Origin: Klebsormidium nitens
Lineage: Eukaryota; Plantae; Klebsormidiophyceae
Reading direction: 5' to 3'
NCBI GenBank assembly: GCA_000708835.1
Contig: DF237247.1
Location: 45,021-109,020 of the forward strand
DNA: 64,000 nt
The translations under genes and the position numbers were made by a program. Of this stretch, positions 34,326 to 49,300 are shown piece after piece. The first letter of the stretch is position 1; every line of letters starts with the position of its first letter. The notes below the pieces were generated by a model. It made no database searches. It had not been told where the DNA came from and saw nothing but the letters and a program-made list of their open reading frames with translations.

Positions 34326-37300
34326 ATGGACGCCCAACGGTCACCGGGCGCTGGGGAGGGGCGGCAACCAGACAATGCAAAGTCACCGTCTCTCAGATCT
34401 CGGCTTTTTGCTCCAACTGCAGCATCTAAGGCCAGGCGGGGAAGTACCCCAGAGCCAGGAGGTTTTGTGGATCTGTCTAAGAGCAGCGCAGAGTTAGCAG
34501 GACCACCTTTGTTTGAAGCCAAGGCGGCGAAGCCGAGCCCTACTGTTAGAAAACCTAGCAAAGCAGCCACAACGGGGACTGATGACCAGTTGGCGTCTCC
34601 CGTGGGTTCTCATAAGAACAATGCCACAGAGGAAAGTGGGGCGTCAACTGACAAGGTGAATGGTGGCAAGCACATGCAAGCAAATGGCAGTGCAAACGGG
34701 CATGTGAATGGTACGAAAGTGGACAGATCTGAAAAGGAGGCGGCGGGAAATGGTGTAAATGGTGTAAAAGGGACATTTGGCACAAATGGCAACGGGGAGC
34801 TGGGCATGTCCACAGGGAAGCCTGCCGAGCGTGATCTGGAGAGTCCGAAGAAGGGCGCTCAGCCCGTACACAACGCTAGCAACGCCGTGCCTGACGCTAA
34901 TGCAAACAAGACCAAGAAGGTCACAGGTGCCAGTCCTACAGGGCCTAAGAGCGCCGCTGCCACGCGGGGCGCTTCTCCCGCTCGCAAAGTGAGGGCGCCG
35001 TCGCCTGCCAGAAACGCAGGTGCCCCGCAAAATGCTCTGGCGCGCACGAGGTCGCTTGACGCGGCTCCTCCAGAGCGCGCTCGGGGCCGCTCACCTGCAC
35101 GCCCAAATTCTGACCGGGGGAGCCGGGGATCTTCCCCTAGTCCCAGCAGCGGCCCCCGGAGAGCCTCTCCCAGTCCCAGCCGGAGGCCAGCATCGCCAGC
35201 GAGGGGCAATCTCCACTCCCTAAGTTCTCCCACGCTCTCCTCGCTCGCACGGAGGAACTCAGGCGAGTTCGCTAGGGCGAGTCCTCGCTCTGTCCTGCAG
35301 TCTGCGGCGCCGAGCCCGCGGCTCTCCTGGGGCATGCCCAGTGCGAAGTCCCAGGGGATGGCCTCGACGAGGAAGGCCCTCGGAGTGGACAGCGAGAGCT
35401 CGAGCAGCAGCGAGAACGGCAATGCTGCGAACAGGCGATGGTCTACTGGACGGGCGAGCGTCCCTGGGTTAACGAGGCCGGCAGGGTCTGGGGCAGGGAC
35501 GGGCTTGCTGCGAGGGAACAGTTCGTTTGCGGGGCCGGAGGATCTGCATATCAGTCCGGATCTGGTGAGTGGACCAGGCTGTCTGTGTATCCTTTGCTTG
35601 TTTGTAAGCAGAGGGTCTGTTGGAGTGTGCGGTGTATTTTACGAGCCCAACAGCTGGCATTCTTGTTGAACCATTCTGAAATCTCATGATTCATCAGCAG
35701 CGTGACCAAAGTTTGTCGCTGGTGCAAACTTTGCTGCAATAGCAGTTGAGGGAGCTGCGGGGCAATCTAGTATGCGAGAATGCAACCTTGGATACCAAAG
35801 CACGGTGGCATGTGCTAGCGTGCAAACACGAGGCAAGCGAGTTATTTCATGCATTTAGTTGCCTGGTGTTTACACCATAAGACCACTTCTGAGGAGTTAG
35901 TCCGATGACAGGTGGCATGCGCAGTGCCACCTTTTCTACAATGCAGAGTAACAAGGACATGCTTTCGAGCAGGAAAATTGCTCATCACTTTTGTGCTTCG
36001 CTGGACTAACAGTTGTCGTACAAAGTCCACGTCATGCCAGACCAACTGACAAAAAAACGTCTGGATCTTTTCTAAACGTCCCTTTTTGCCCTTGAGAGAA
36101 ATGCACACGAGTCTCCAACTTTTATCGTGCAACATTGAAGCTTGTTTGCATTTACATTGATGGTCAAGTATGCCTTGCACCTTTTGTGTTCAAGGTTGCG
36201 CCTTTTGAGAATGCTTAACATACAGGAGGACAGGTGTCGTGGCTCCTTCACCTCTTTCCACCAAAGTTCCAGCCTTTCTAAAAATGTTGCACGAATGCAT
36301 TATCTAGGGGTCAGACGTTGTGGGCAGGAGTGAAGTCCGAGGAACAACTTGAAAGCGAGACTTTGATAGCGTGATTCATATGTTGGTGGTGCAACTCCTG
36401 GAGATTGACTTAAAGCCATCAGCCAAATCCTGCAAAATCAGGAATCCTGCATGAGGTGGCCAGGCAATCGTGGCAAAGAACCCTTCAGTCAATCTCGTTT
36501 GGTTACACCTGTGGGGGGCACCCAAGGTGAAGGCTTTGATTTCTGGCTTTTCAGTACAAATGTCAAAGCCTGGGGCAACCTAATGGAGGACCAATACTGT
36601 CTGCACCAGTCCACTCAGGCTTGCGTGACTGCATTGTGCCTTTCTCCACGTTGACTTGTGCACGAGCTGTGATGCTGGCATCTGGAAATAGCACAGAGCC
36701 TTGAAGTCTGACCTTTTCCCCGGAGTTGACTCGTGCACGAGCTTTGACAGCTGGCATTGGAAGTAGCACAGAGCTTTAAAGTCTGACCTTTTCACCGGAG
36801 CACGGAAGGCTCCGTGCCTGACAAAACTCCATACCACAGAGTGTGTCCAGCCAATCATCTCTGGAGAGTTCCGTTTCTCTCGCAACGGTGGAGCTGCCTC
36901 GCATGCGTTGTCCTTCCCCCATTCTCCCCTAGTCCGCCACCAATGGCTGCACACTTAGGTTCATCTCTTGCGTACAGCAGTACCCGCGTAATCACAGGCT
37001 TTCCTTCACAAGGCAGTGCAAGTCTTGGGGCAAAACTTATGTCAATGCACCCGTGATTGTGCGCACTGCATTCGTGACTGCCTGAGCCTGTGGGCCCATC
37101 CAGAAAAGAGTGGCAGACAGTACCAATTCGCCAATCGTAATCCAACGTCCTCACAGGTGTCGCACACCCAGTTGTGTCTCCCGCGCAGCTTGGACTGCAT
37201 TACACTGATTGGCGGATAGAAGTCAGACCAGATTATTCCGTTACAGTCCTTTGCCTCCACATTCACCACGACAGTTCAGATGTATTGAGCCACTCAGCAC

Positions 37301-40300
37301 GCTGTTTTTGCAGAAGCTGGACCTCAAGGGGAAGAGGATCCGGAAGCTTAGCTCGTCAGCACTCAGCCCAAAGCTTGAGGTAAGGTCACCCAAATATGAA
37401 GTGGTTGTGTGAAGTGTTTGGTTCTCACTGATGTGCAATCTGCCCCAGGGTAAGGAGACTCTGCCATGCAAGCTTCTCTAGGAGTACTCCTTTCACTCAA
37501 CAGTGGCATGTGCCCAGGCGAACGCACTTCCCCTGAGGATTGCTTCGGTGTACTTTGTGTGGGGGGCATATCGCTGAAACACTTCTGTGGCTAGATTGTG
37601 CAGAGCTTCTCATTGTGAGCCGGTCTCATGCATTCTCCACAAAAAGTGCCGCCTTTCTTCTGGTTGCAGTGGGTGAACCTCCGTGAGAACAAGTTGCAGT
37701 CTTTGGAGGGGATTGACATCTTGAAGAGGCTTAAGGTATGTGCGCTTTGCAACGCAGTTTGAACCACCAACTTGACTTAATGGTTTACTGTGCAATGAGG
37801 TTGAGGTGCGGTTGCTGGGATCTGTTGTTGGCAGTCACCAACTTACAAGGAATGCACACAACTTGGGGGATATCATTCAAGTGATGCGCAGGCAATGAGC
37901 CTTACCAGCATTTTGATACAACACATACGGCGGCAATACCTATTGGACACGACGGTGCTGCATATGTTTTCTGGAGTTTACTTTGAGAGTCTACTTTCCA
38001 GACTTCAAAACAAAACATCGAAGGCTGATTGTGTGGGCCATCTTGGCTGCCTGTTAAACTTTGCCGAATTGATTGCTTTGGAGGCCAACTCAAGGTCATC
38101 TTAGTATGCTTCGCCCCTTCAGGTCGGTAATTGTAATACTATGCACACCAAATGTGTGGGAGCCCCGCCCCAGAGAACTTGGTTTGGGTCAGTCTTGAAG
38201 TCCCCTTCCTTTCCTTCTGGTCAAGTTGAAGTCCCTTCCTGTCTCTCAGGTACTGCACCTCTCTACGAACGAGCTCAAGAGCAAGGCCCTGGCGGCCCTG
38301 GCGCCCCTCCAAAGTCTGCAGCAGTTGTTCCTGTCTAGCAACCGCCTCACGACTCTGGCCCCCCTGCCCAAACTCCAAGCGCTGACGGTGAGGCGTCAGA
38401 CGCTGACGTCATCACTGGCCCCCGCTGACAGCATTAGCGACCTCAGTGACTTCTCAATCTCAATGAAGCTAGTTACAAGATGCTTGTGCGCTGAACGAAA
38501 GCTTCCGATAGCAGGGCCCCCTGACTGGGAGTCACTTAGTCATTAGAGTGTCTTTGCCTTCAGAAAATACTATTGTATTGTAAGATCCCTCTCGCTAAGA
38601 CAGGAAAACAAAAGCCGCTTCTTTCCTACCCTGCAACGCACCTGCACCAAGGTCAACTTCACGCTGCGAGTCTGAACATTGGAATCTCATCCCTCTTCTC
38701 CTTTATGCAGTTCCTGTCCGTCACGCAAAACGAGATTACGACCCTCGAAATGGCGTCCTTCCCGCGCCTTCACACCCTCATCGCCAGCAAGAACTACATC
38801 ACCTCGCTCGCTGACCTGCCCCACCTGCCGGCACTCACAGTAAGTAGTGTACTCTTCTTTTCTCTCTCTTGATTCGTGACTCATTTGTCGAAGAGTGGTG
38901 ACCTTGGCCTCTCTCTTGATTCGTTGATTCGATTGTGAAGAGTCGTGACCTTGGTTAAAGCTGCTTAAACCTAGTTATGTGGCTTAGCCTCGCACCCTGC
39001 AGGCCTTCTGAAAATCGTATGAGTCGTTCTTCAGAGAGGCGGTAGAGCATGCTTTGAGTAAAAAACTTGCAAGAGCGCAGCAGTGTGCGTATTCACCTCC
39101 TGGGGTCTTTTGTTCATCACATCAGAACGCAGGCAACTTCAGCAAGCTGCTCCCGTCTTTCACATGCTCATCATCTTCCAATGGGCTCCAGGACGGGCTC
39201 CAGAATCCTGGACTCCCCCAATGCGGGCTGGTTTCAAAGCTAGGCAACGAAATGGCCCGTGATGATTTTACATTTGTAATCAAGGGCCGCAAATGAAACC
39301 CCCAATATCGCTCTTTCCCCCAGATTCTAAAGGTAGACGACAACCCAGTTTCAGAAGACCCCCTAGCCCGTACGGTGGCGATGCTGCTGGTGGGGAAAAC
39401 GCTGAAGCGGTTCAACGAGCAGGAAGTGGAGCCGGCGGACCACTTCGAGGCGCTTTCTTACCCCCCCCACATGGCGGCGTGCATTCGGAGCGGGTTCGCA
39501 CTAACCCCTGAGAACAACACTCCAGGTAGGGCTTCATGGTCAGGGTTTTTGGGTTTTTCGGGTTAAGGGTTTGTGGTTATCCCTGCTCTACCCCCCCAAA
39601 ACTTGGCCACGGGCATCTGAAGTGGCTTTGTGCTGACCCCTGAGAACCTCACTCCAGGTAGGGCTTTGTGGTCAGGGTTTCGCGCTTTTTGGGTTAAGGG
39701 TTTGTCCCTACCCCTGCTTTACCCGGCAGCGTACATTTGGAGCAACTTTGTGCTGACCCCTGAGAATAACCCTCCAGGTAGAGCTCAATGGTCAGGGGTT
39801 TCGGGGGGGTTTGGGTGAAGGCAGCTCTTATCTTTTGTACAAACAAGACCCGACAGCTGGTGGCTAGGTGAAGCGTGGGATGCATGTAACTTTGCATTTG
39901 CAGTGTTTGCTTGACCTTCACTGACAAAATCTGATGAGTTCCCGCCTCTTCCTGCTCAGAGCACCTGGGCCGTGCCCTTCTGACCGTCCAAAGCCGCGCC
40001 GGGCTTCCCCCTGGGTACGCCCTATCAGCCGCCTCCATCGAGCCGCCCTGCGAGGGATCCCCCTGCACGGCCACGTTCGATTTCCAGTACACCGGGAGTG
40101 AGGCGAAGCGGGCGCCGCTTCAGAAGCGGTACCGCTGGCTGCGAGGCTCCCGGCATGACGTCACGTATGACGTCATCGAGGGGGCGACGTCAGCGGTTTA
40201 CGCGCCGGACCCCGAGGACGTGGGGCAGTGCCTGAGGGTGGAGTGCACGCCCACGCTGGGGGGGATTGCGTTTCCGGCCGTCTATGCGGTGTCGAGCGAG

Positions 40301-43300
40301 GTGGAGGAAGGTGGGTTAAGTTTTTGTTTAAGTGGATGAAGACGTGAGTTCCAACGGTTGATTATAATTGCAGGTGTTGTGAGATCAAGAGAGTTTTGCA
40401 GGAGTTTAGAAATCAGTGCCGAGTGGGGCAAGCGAGCTGGAAAGAGCAAAGGGGAGAAAAGGTTTGTAAGAGGATGTCGAAGGTTGACTTTGGAGTGTCC
40501 TTTAAGCTCTATTTTGTTAAATCGGGGGCATAGGGACGCCTTCAACAGTAAATTCGACCGTTTTCCTCCCACCATAAAGAGCAGATGACCTACAAAACAC
40601 ACGATTGCAGGAGTCAACTGGGTCTGACCTTCAGTTGCAAGGAGGGTGACTCATGGAAACCTTCTCCTAGAAACCATAGTGCGATCTTTTAACCAAAACA
40701 GCATCCGTTTCTTACAGGCAGCGGCATTCCTGCCATCTCAGACATCCGGGTGGAAGGCGAGGCAATCGAGGGACGGACTCTGCAGGGCAGCGTCCAGGTG
40801 TCGTGGAACGGAGCGCAGCCCGGGAGGGTGGTCATCAGGTGCGCTTTGCCTTCAGCCAGTACGCATGCAAACAAAGGTGTTGTCTTCTCGTTTTTCGTGT
40901 CCTGATTTGCATTCAACTGCTGTTGTCTTCGTGCCTTCGAGGACACGGTGAGCGTACAACCTCTGTTCCTTACTTTGAAAGTATCCCTTGAGAACAGTTT
41001 TCTGGTCATTGCGCATGGTAGCGACCAAGACTGAGTCGAAGGGTCCGGTTCTCGTATGTTTAAAGGAGTGTGCCCAGTTTCTTCTTATGTAACAAGCAGT
41101 GTATCACTGATACAGACCATGACATGAGACTCTGATGTGCCCAAAATCAAGCCCTGCTGAACTGACTGTCAACCGATTGGCACTTACCAGCCACATTACA
41201 AAGCTCTTGACAGGAAAGCCTTTTCCTACTTGACGCCGCCCCAATAGACGCTCTCTCTTCGTATTTGTCCAGTTGGTGGCGGTGTCAAGACAGTGCGCAC
41301 CCGTTCACCATCCCGGACGCAACGGGTGCAGAGTATACCCTCTCTGCAAAGGACATTGGCCATAGCGTATGGTTCATGTGCCTGCCAATCGCAGCGGACG
41401 GGACGAAAGGGGAGGCGCAGTTTGCCCAGACGACAACTGTCCAACAAGGTGAGCACTGATTAAGTTTGAAGTCTTCTCGAGGTGTTGTGATTCGACTCAA
41501 GCCGAGATCAGCAACGAATGACTTCCACGTGATGTAGAAGCCGTGTCTACTGACCTGCAAACGTCCTTTTGATGCAGCCTATGTGACCCTCTGTCAAACC
41601 TTCTTTTTGGCTTGATCCGCCCACTCTGCCTGCTTTTCCCCGTGCGAAACCGACTCTTCCATCCGTTCCGCGCGCCTGCACTCACCCAAATCCGCCCATT
41701 CCGTCCATTCCGCTCTGTTCCCTTGTCCACTTGGTCGTTCCGTTTGTTGCAGACGTTCCGAGGGTCACTGGAGTGCAGCTTCTTGGCGAGGCTCTGACGG
41801 GGAAGAAGCTGACGGTCCAGGCTACCTATCATGGCGGAGAGGAGGGGGGCAGTGTTCTAGAATGGTTCTCGCAAGACCCAGCCACTGGGTGAGTCTTTCA
41901 AAGTTCCGCTCTAGATTTTGGAAGTCGTGGGAAATACACACGATAGTTGTGTTTTCTGACAGCGCTTCCAGGCGATCTGCGTTTGGTTCAAGGCCTACCG
42001 GTTTGTGCTTGTGCAGGCCTTGTACTTGTTTGATTTCAAACCCGATTCTTAGAGAGATCCGTGTTACAGATGCAACAGGACTGCTTTTAAGTGCTTCAAG
42101 CTGCAGTATCTTAATCTGCAAAGCCTGCGTTACCAGCATTTTCGGCTGCCCTAATCTTCACTCATGGCACCGCGCAATTCAGTGCAACCGCCAACAACAA
42201 GGTCTCCGGCAGGGTCTGTATGCAATCCATAGATTTCACAAAGCGTGCTGGATCAGAAAGGTCCGTCTCTAATTTCGAGACCTTCAAATTTGCGCGGCGC
42301 CACAAAAAGCTGACGCTTGTCCTGTCCGTCTCCTCAGCGCGCTCACCGACCTGAAAGTCCCCAACAACTCCCGCGAGTACTCCCCCTCTGATTCCGACGT
42401 CGGCCGCAAGATCGTTTTCCGTTACACCCCGGTCAACTCCGAAGGCCTTCCAGGCGAATTCGTCTCCGTAACCACCCCTAACCCCGTCGAGCTAGCGCCC
42501 CCGGAGCTTGCTGACGTGGCAATAACCGGCAGCTTGATGGAGGGGGGCAAAGTTGCGATTGCGTCACGCTACACCGGGGGGGGCACCGAGGGGGAAACGC
42601 GGATCCAGTGGCTGAAAAGCAAGTACCCGAAACTTTACGGGAGTCTGGGGGACAGTGCGGTGATCGAACTGGGGGAGGTGACGACGGAGAAGGAGTTACC
42701 GATCCCCGTGGATGCGATCGGGTGGTTTTTGGGCGCGAAAGTGACGCCGGTTCGGGCTGACGGGGTGCAAGGCGCGCCGGTGTACGTGGCAGCGGCAGAG
42801 CCTGTTGTTTGTAAGTTCTTCAGACACTGACCTCTTGGAATTTTGTTGTTTGCTGGCGTCATTAAACATCTGCAGATCTTATGATGCTGCTGCTGAATTT
42901 GAGGAAGGACCACATCAGGGCTTTTTATCGAGATATCAAAGGTCTGCTTGTTTTCACGGCCGAAGGAGACTTGAATATTTTTGACGTTGGGAGTCGCTCC
43001 TGTTGGGTCCCTCACAGCGTAGCGAGCTACTAGTCACTTGTCGACAGTTGGTGATAGTCTAGGAAGTGACTCGTGCATTTTCAGCTTTGATGAGCAAGAG
43101 CAATCACTCGCGACTCCCACGCTGCTGGTGCAAACAATTGCTGGTCGTTGTTCGAATAGAACACTACGACTCGTGGTATAACGTTTGATGGTGGGATGGA
43201 GGGAGTTGAGACAGAGCTTCTAGTATTTCCCCTCCAGCTGAAACGCTGCCGCCTTTGCTACTAGCTGAAAGTAGGTGCCCCCAAGAGCCAGCTTTCGAAG

Positions 43301-46300
43301 CAACAAAGACAAAGCAAACACGTTTTGAAAGATCGTTTCTAATCTCTGATTGCTTGTGTCGGCTCCCGCAGTGCGCCCCCCCAGCGTGATGAGCATCAGC
43401 ATCGACGGGACGCTGGTCTGTGGCGAGACGGTCGTGGGTTCCTACGAATACGCCGGCGGGAAGGAAGGCTACAGCCAAATTGCTTGGTACCTGCATCAGG
43501 TATGGGACTCGTGCCCTTTGTCAAGTACTGCCCAGAACCTTTTCTGTAGTCTCCGGTGGAGCGCATACTGGACGTTGCAAATGCAACGGTTTTCCATCCA
43601 CGCAGCGTCAGCTTTTCCCAGTTCTTACACTTGCGGTGGATTGATTGATTGGCCGTTTGTTCGTTTAAAAAATCTACTCATGGTCTCGGAGTTTCACCCG
43701 GAAGCTTTTGTGACGGCGACAAAGTGAGGCCATTGGTGCAGAAAGGAGGTTGATGCGCACTGCTTATGTTCCCGCGTCCAAAGATGGATGTCGCCTTCCC
43801 CTTTCGCCCGCGCCTCTAAAAACGAAATGATGGGGGTTTCATTGGTTGGTACTGATTGATTGACTGACTGTTAACAATAAGCTTCGGTTCATACGAGAAA
43901 GTCTGTAGTTGGGCGCTCCAGCACCGGTTCAACTCGTTACACGATTGGGACTGCTCATTCAGGAAGATTACCTGACTCACAAAGCACGAGAGTCATCGCA
44001 GGATTGACTAGAAAGTTGGCCACTGTCTTTCTCCCGAGAAAAATCGCACCCTTTAGACTCGTTGTAGGGGTTGTGCACAAGGCTATTGCTCAGCGTCTCA
44101 ATTTTAATAGCCTGTTTGCTCGATAAATCACTCATTCTAACAAGACCCTGGTCTTTTACAGGACGAGGTAGACCCCGGGACTCTGATCCAAGGTTCCGTC
44201 GGCCAGAAAAGCCGCCTGCTGACACGCAAGGAAGTGGGCAAGTTTATTTCGTTCCGGTGCGCACCTCGGCGAGCGGATGGGGCGGAGGGCCAAATCCAGA
44301 GCGCCATGAGCCAGGAGCGGGTCAAGCCACGTAAGCTTCTCCTTTTTCCGTTGAAGTCCCGTGCTTAACCCGGATCGGTTTCTGGTACAGTTTGTTCTGA
44401 ACCTGTTGGTCAGCTGAGTTCCTGTGTTTTCGGATTGGCTGCGCACTCCGCCGTGAAGATGGGGCGGAGCACCAGAACCAGAGCGCCATCAGCCAGGAGC
44501 GGGTCAAGCCACTTAAGTTCAGCTCCTTATCTGGCCAGCCCCTTGGTTGTTGGATTGCATTCCTCAGATTTTTAAGTTAAGTCTTCTGGTCAGCTGAAGT
44601 TTTGTCATTCCCGGTGCCTGCCTCGGCGCGCGGCTGGGGCAGAGGGCCAAATCAAGAGCGCCATGCGTCAGGAGCGGATCAGGGCATCTAAGTGTTTCTT
44701 CGTTTCTGTCTAGTCCGTTGCTTATTGCTCTGGCTTATCGGATTGGTCTTACTGGGTTTATCAATTTGCGGGAGGTCCGTTGGTCGGCTGAGAAACGGGT
44801 TCTATAGTCGGTGTAGACTAGGAGTTGCAAATCGTGAGAATAGTACCTCGCTCAAGATCATACGAATCTTTTAATCGTGGGGTGACCGTTGCTGAAATGG
44901 CAGGGACAGAGGCAAAGAGCAACGAGCAGTGTCATTCGCAACAAATCTCTGCAGAGCTCGTTGTGATTCCTGAGTCTTGCGCCATTTATATCAGGGCTCT
45001 ATTTACCCCGACACCACTTCTTGAGCTCACGTCACCTCTTCTCGCTCCCGTTCACTACCTGCTTGTACGACATCGCGCTTGAGCAGTGACCCAGCTCAGG
45101 GCTGACGTTATCCCCGTTGCTGATGTCATCTTCTGTCTCCGCAGTCCCGTTGAAGCTGGCGAAGCTGAGCGTGGGCGGCGTGCACATGGAGGGCGAGGCG
45201 CTCGTCGTGCAGCACCACGCGCCGAGCGAGCCGGAGCACCGGGACGACTGGGGCAACTACTTGCAAGAAATGACATATCAATGGTGAGGGTTTGCAGTGT
45301 TTGAGTCTTCGCTTTTCAGTCTGAAACGTTGTTGACGCTATTGAAGCATCCCGGGCGTCCGGATCAAAGGCGGAGTTGGTGTCAGAGCGTTTGACCTTTG
45401 GTTATCGATAATATCGCGCTAAAGGAGCTACACCGCCAGGACGACTGGGCCAACTATTTGCAGGAGATGACGTACCAATGGTGAGCAGTTGCAATCTTCA
45501 AAGTTTCTGGGCTGTGTGCGAAACGTTCAAACCCTATATCGGGTGTGAGCTTTTTCCATGTAAACGTCTGGAGTGGTGTCAGACCGTTTGTTCTTTGGAT
45601 AGCGGCTTTGATGCCGGAAGCAAATTGTCGTCTGTAAGCTCAAGTGCCGAGTCGCACAATGGACTACTTGACGCACGAAACGAGCTAGGAATCAAAGCCC
45701 AAAGGTCAGGCGTGGTATATTTGGTTGTCGTTTTCAAATGTTCACCTGCTATCCTGCGCTTCGTTCTCCCGATTATGCACCTATGTTGTTGTAGTCTTGA
45801 TGAATGCAGAGTTCCAACAAAAAGTCTACTTCAGAAAGAATCTAGATTGGACGAGCTCCGGAAGGATTTCACGAAACACGTGGCAAATGTTACGAAGTTC
45901 TGCCGCATTTGTGTCTTAGCTTTCTTGCCCCTTCCGCCAGGTTCCGTTCCGAGCCCGGCAGCCGCTCCACCTTCGCCCCCCTCCCTGCCGCCACGTCAGC
46001 AGAGTACCGCGCGACCATCGACGACGTAGGGCGCGTCTTGCGCTGCGAGGGGCGCGCCAAGGACGCGTTCGGGCGGTTTTCTGAGCCAGTCCACGTGTTT
46101 TCGGGGCTGATCGAACCCGCGCCCCCCTCGGTGACGAACGTGAGGTTGGAGGGGGACGCGGAGAGCGGAGCGCTACTGCGGGGGCTGGGAGACTTCAGTG
46201 GGGGGGTCGAGGGCGCGAGCCGGTTTGAGTGGTTCAGGCAGGACTACAAGGACGGGTAAGATCTGAGGGCCGCAAACCCTTGTGAAACTTGGAGTAACCG

Positions 46301-49300
46301 ATTCAAGTGCTTGACATTGATCCGCTCCGGTTTCGTGTCAAAACCTCGACCGTACCCCATCTTACCTCTTCTTTTTGCTCTGTCCCGCCATTTAGCCCAT
46401 GCTTCCGTCCTATCCTGGATCGCAAACCACAACCCCTCGCCGGCCCTGCTTGTCGCTCAATGTGCGGCATCTGCTACACACCCACCAGCTTCCTTATGGT
46501 TAAGTCGCCTTTCACGTCAATGATCGCAGTGTCTGATGCAAATATTCTCGACCCCCAGCCCTACTCGTGCGGTGCCTTCAGGCCTTTTTTGTTCGGTGCA
46601 CTGCCCTTGCATGAGGCCTCCTTTTTCGCCAGTCCTGCAACACGCTCTGATCCGTACTTCCGTGCAATTATTCGGCATCTCTTAACCCGCCTCGGTTAAT
46701 CCTGGATTTCTGCACCTTTTGCAGCGCGCTCTACCCCCTCAACGTGCCAACAACACCTCCTTGACCGTTTTGCTAAACTCCGGGTTTTGGCTTCCTTTGC
46801 AGCGTGCTTTACCCCCTCCACGTGCCCAACAACACCTCCTTGACCCGTTTTGCTAAACCCTGGGTTTCCGCTCCTTTCGCAGTGCGCTCTACCCCCTCAA
46901 CGTCCCCAACAACTCCCCCGAGTACATCATCCCGGAGTCCGAGGCCGGTCGCCGCATCGTCTTCAAGTACACGCCAATCTCAACCGGGGGTAAAGTTGGA
47001 GAGCCCGGTTTCGCGACGAGTCCGATCATCGAACTCGCGGCGCCGAAGGTCGCGGGGCTCGCGATCGTTGGCTCGCTTCTGGAGGGGAGTCGGGTGGCGG
47101 TGATTGGAAAGTATTCGGGCGGGGGCAAGGAGGGGCAGAGCGAGGTGCAGTGGTTCAAGTCGGAGGAGGGGACGGTTGGATCGGGCATGGAGGCGATGCC
47201 GCAGTTTGACAATCGAACGGTGAGGGATTGTTGACTCTTCCGCAGCTTGATAGTCGGACGGTGAGGGTTTGTTGACTTCGCTCGTCAGGGTCGCAAGGAC
47301 TACTTTGGAAATGGAAACAAGGATTTCTGAGCCGCTAAGTCGAACCGTGTTGGCGGAGGCGCTGCGTGGTTTGACAACTGGTTGGTGTGACCAGCTCGGA
47401 GAGCTTCTACACTCAAAAATGAGATAAAGATTCAGGCTTCTTTCGGTCGGGCGCTTTTTGCAGTTGAACTGAGCTCGTAGCTCGTGTTTCGTTTTGGGCT
47501 GAGCTGTCTCGTTCTGCCGGAGACGAAAATTTGTGTTTGGCTTGAGCACTATGGCTCCGCCTCCTCTTGGGTTTGGGTGCGAGCAATGGGCGGGCTTTGG
47601 CAATGACATTTGAGAAGGCAACTTACTGCAGGCTCGAGAACAAATCTGCGCTTGGCTCGATCAGAGTCGGGTCGGGCGGCCAGGTAACCCAGTGTGCATT
47701 TATCCGGGGCACATGGACTAATAGAATCGAAGCCTCGAAGCTTCGCACCTGCCTAAGGCTCTTCTTCTAATATCTGGCGCTTCGACGTGGTAACCCTGCT
47801 TAGAACAACTTACCATCGCAGGATAGCAGTGCCCGAAGAAACGACTGCCCGTATATTAGCAGGAATGAAGCCGAGTACTTGTGCTTGCATCCCTAAGACC
47901 ATTTGACGCAAGATGCATGTCTTCTGCCTTGCAGGAGTTTATCATTCCCGCAGAGGTCGTCGACTTGTATCTGATTGCCAAGTACACGCCCATCCGCATC
48001 GATGGGGAGAGGGGGGAGCCGTCGTTCGTGGCGTCTAAAAGCACCGTACAAAGTAAGTTTTCCTTTAGCCCCTGCTCTTTGGGATACAATCCGCTTCTCG
48101 GTTCCAAAAGCTCAATAGCACGGTTCTCAAATCTTAGCAGTCAACCGCTGAAAAGTACTGCTTTGCCCGCATGCTTTCCATTCAAAACGCTGACCGTCGA
48201 CACAAACGCTGCTCCCTTTGTACTGCTCAGGCCTGCCCCCGAGCGTTGTGTCAATCCACCTGGCTGGAGAGATGCAAGCCGGGGCTACCATCACGGCAGA
48301 GTACAAGTACGTTGGGGGGCTAGAAGGAGTCAGCCATTATGGCTGGTACTTACACGAGGTAAGGTAGCTCCAAATCGATCCCGGACGAGTCCGTAGTACT
48401 TTCCTGGTCATAAGGTTCTGATTAGTGTCTGCTGTCTCTTCGTTGCTAATCCCGATCGGATCTTTATTTTATTATGGTCATGATCTTGGCTGTCTCTTCG
48501 TGGCTAATCCTGGTCAGATCTTTGTTTTTGTTATGGTCACGAGCTACACCCCTCTTGATACAAATCTGATTTTATCAATTCTCGTCGCTGTTCCGCGACC
48601 TGTAGGCGCTTTCGATCATTTTCTGACACTCTTTCCATCATTCTACCCCGACCTGCTTCTTGCTCCTCCTTGACTGTCACGTCCGTAGACTCTGCTTTGC
48701 TCCCACATTCTGCTAAGAATTCATATGGTTTCCGTTTGCGCAGAGTCCCAGTGCGCCCGGTAACCTCATTCCTGGGTCCATCGGCCTAAAGGAACGCTTG
48801 CTCACAACGAAAGAAGTTGGCAAGTATCTGTCCTTTTCGGTGACGCCCCGGCGGAAGGACGGAGTGGAAGGGGAGACAAAGGCTTTTGTCAGTGGAGAGC
48901 GGATCATGCCAGGTGAGAAAAGCTCGCATCTCTGACAGCCCTTATACAGGATTGAAGGATCTTAGGGCTTTAGCTTTGCAGGGTTTTACGGCTTTGATCT
49001 TTAATCAGCAAAGCCTGAAGTCCTGGGGTGATCATGAAGCGTTTGTAGCTCAGGTGCATAAGCAGGCGGTGATTAATGAACGATAGTCGCTTCCGGGCCC
49101 AGATCTCGCTGGACATGCTCGTGAGCTCTCGTACAAAAGGTGGTGGTCGCTGTTCTGGTTTTGGCTTCAGATCTGCTCTAGCTGTACCAACGGCTTATGA
49201 GCGTGTATATTTTACTTAGCTGCGGTCACTGATAAGCTGTTGTCTCTCTTGACTATAGAGCCTCTTCAGCTATGGGGACCGCTTATAAGCTCACATACTC

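Noticed and set aside
36451-36654. TNVKAWGNLM in AIR9 intron 1 as an extra exon resembling plant VEVKAGDDM
   Set aside because: There is no donor, and exon 1 spliced directly to 37314 already gives ISPDLKLDLKG, which aligns with the plant sequence.
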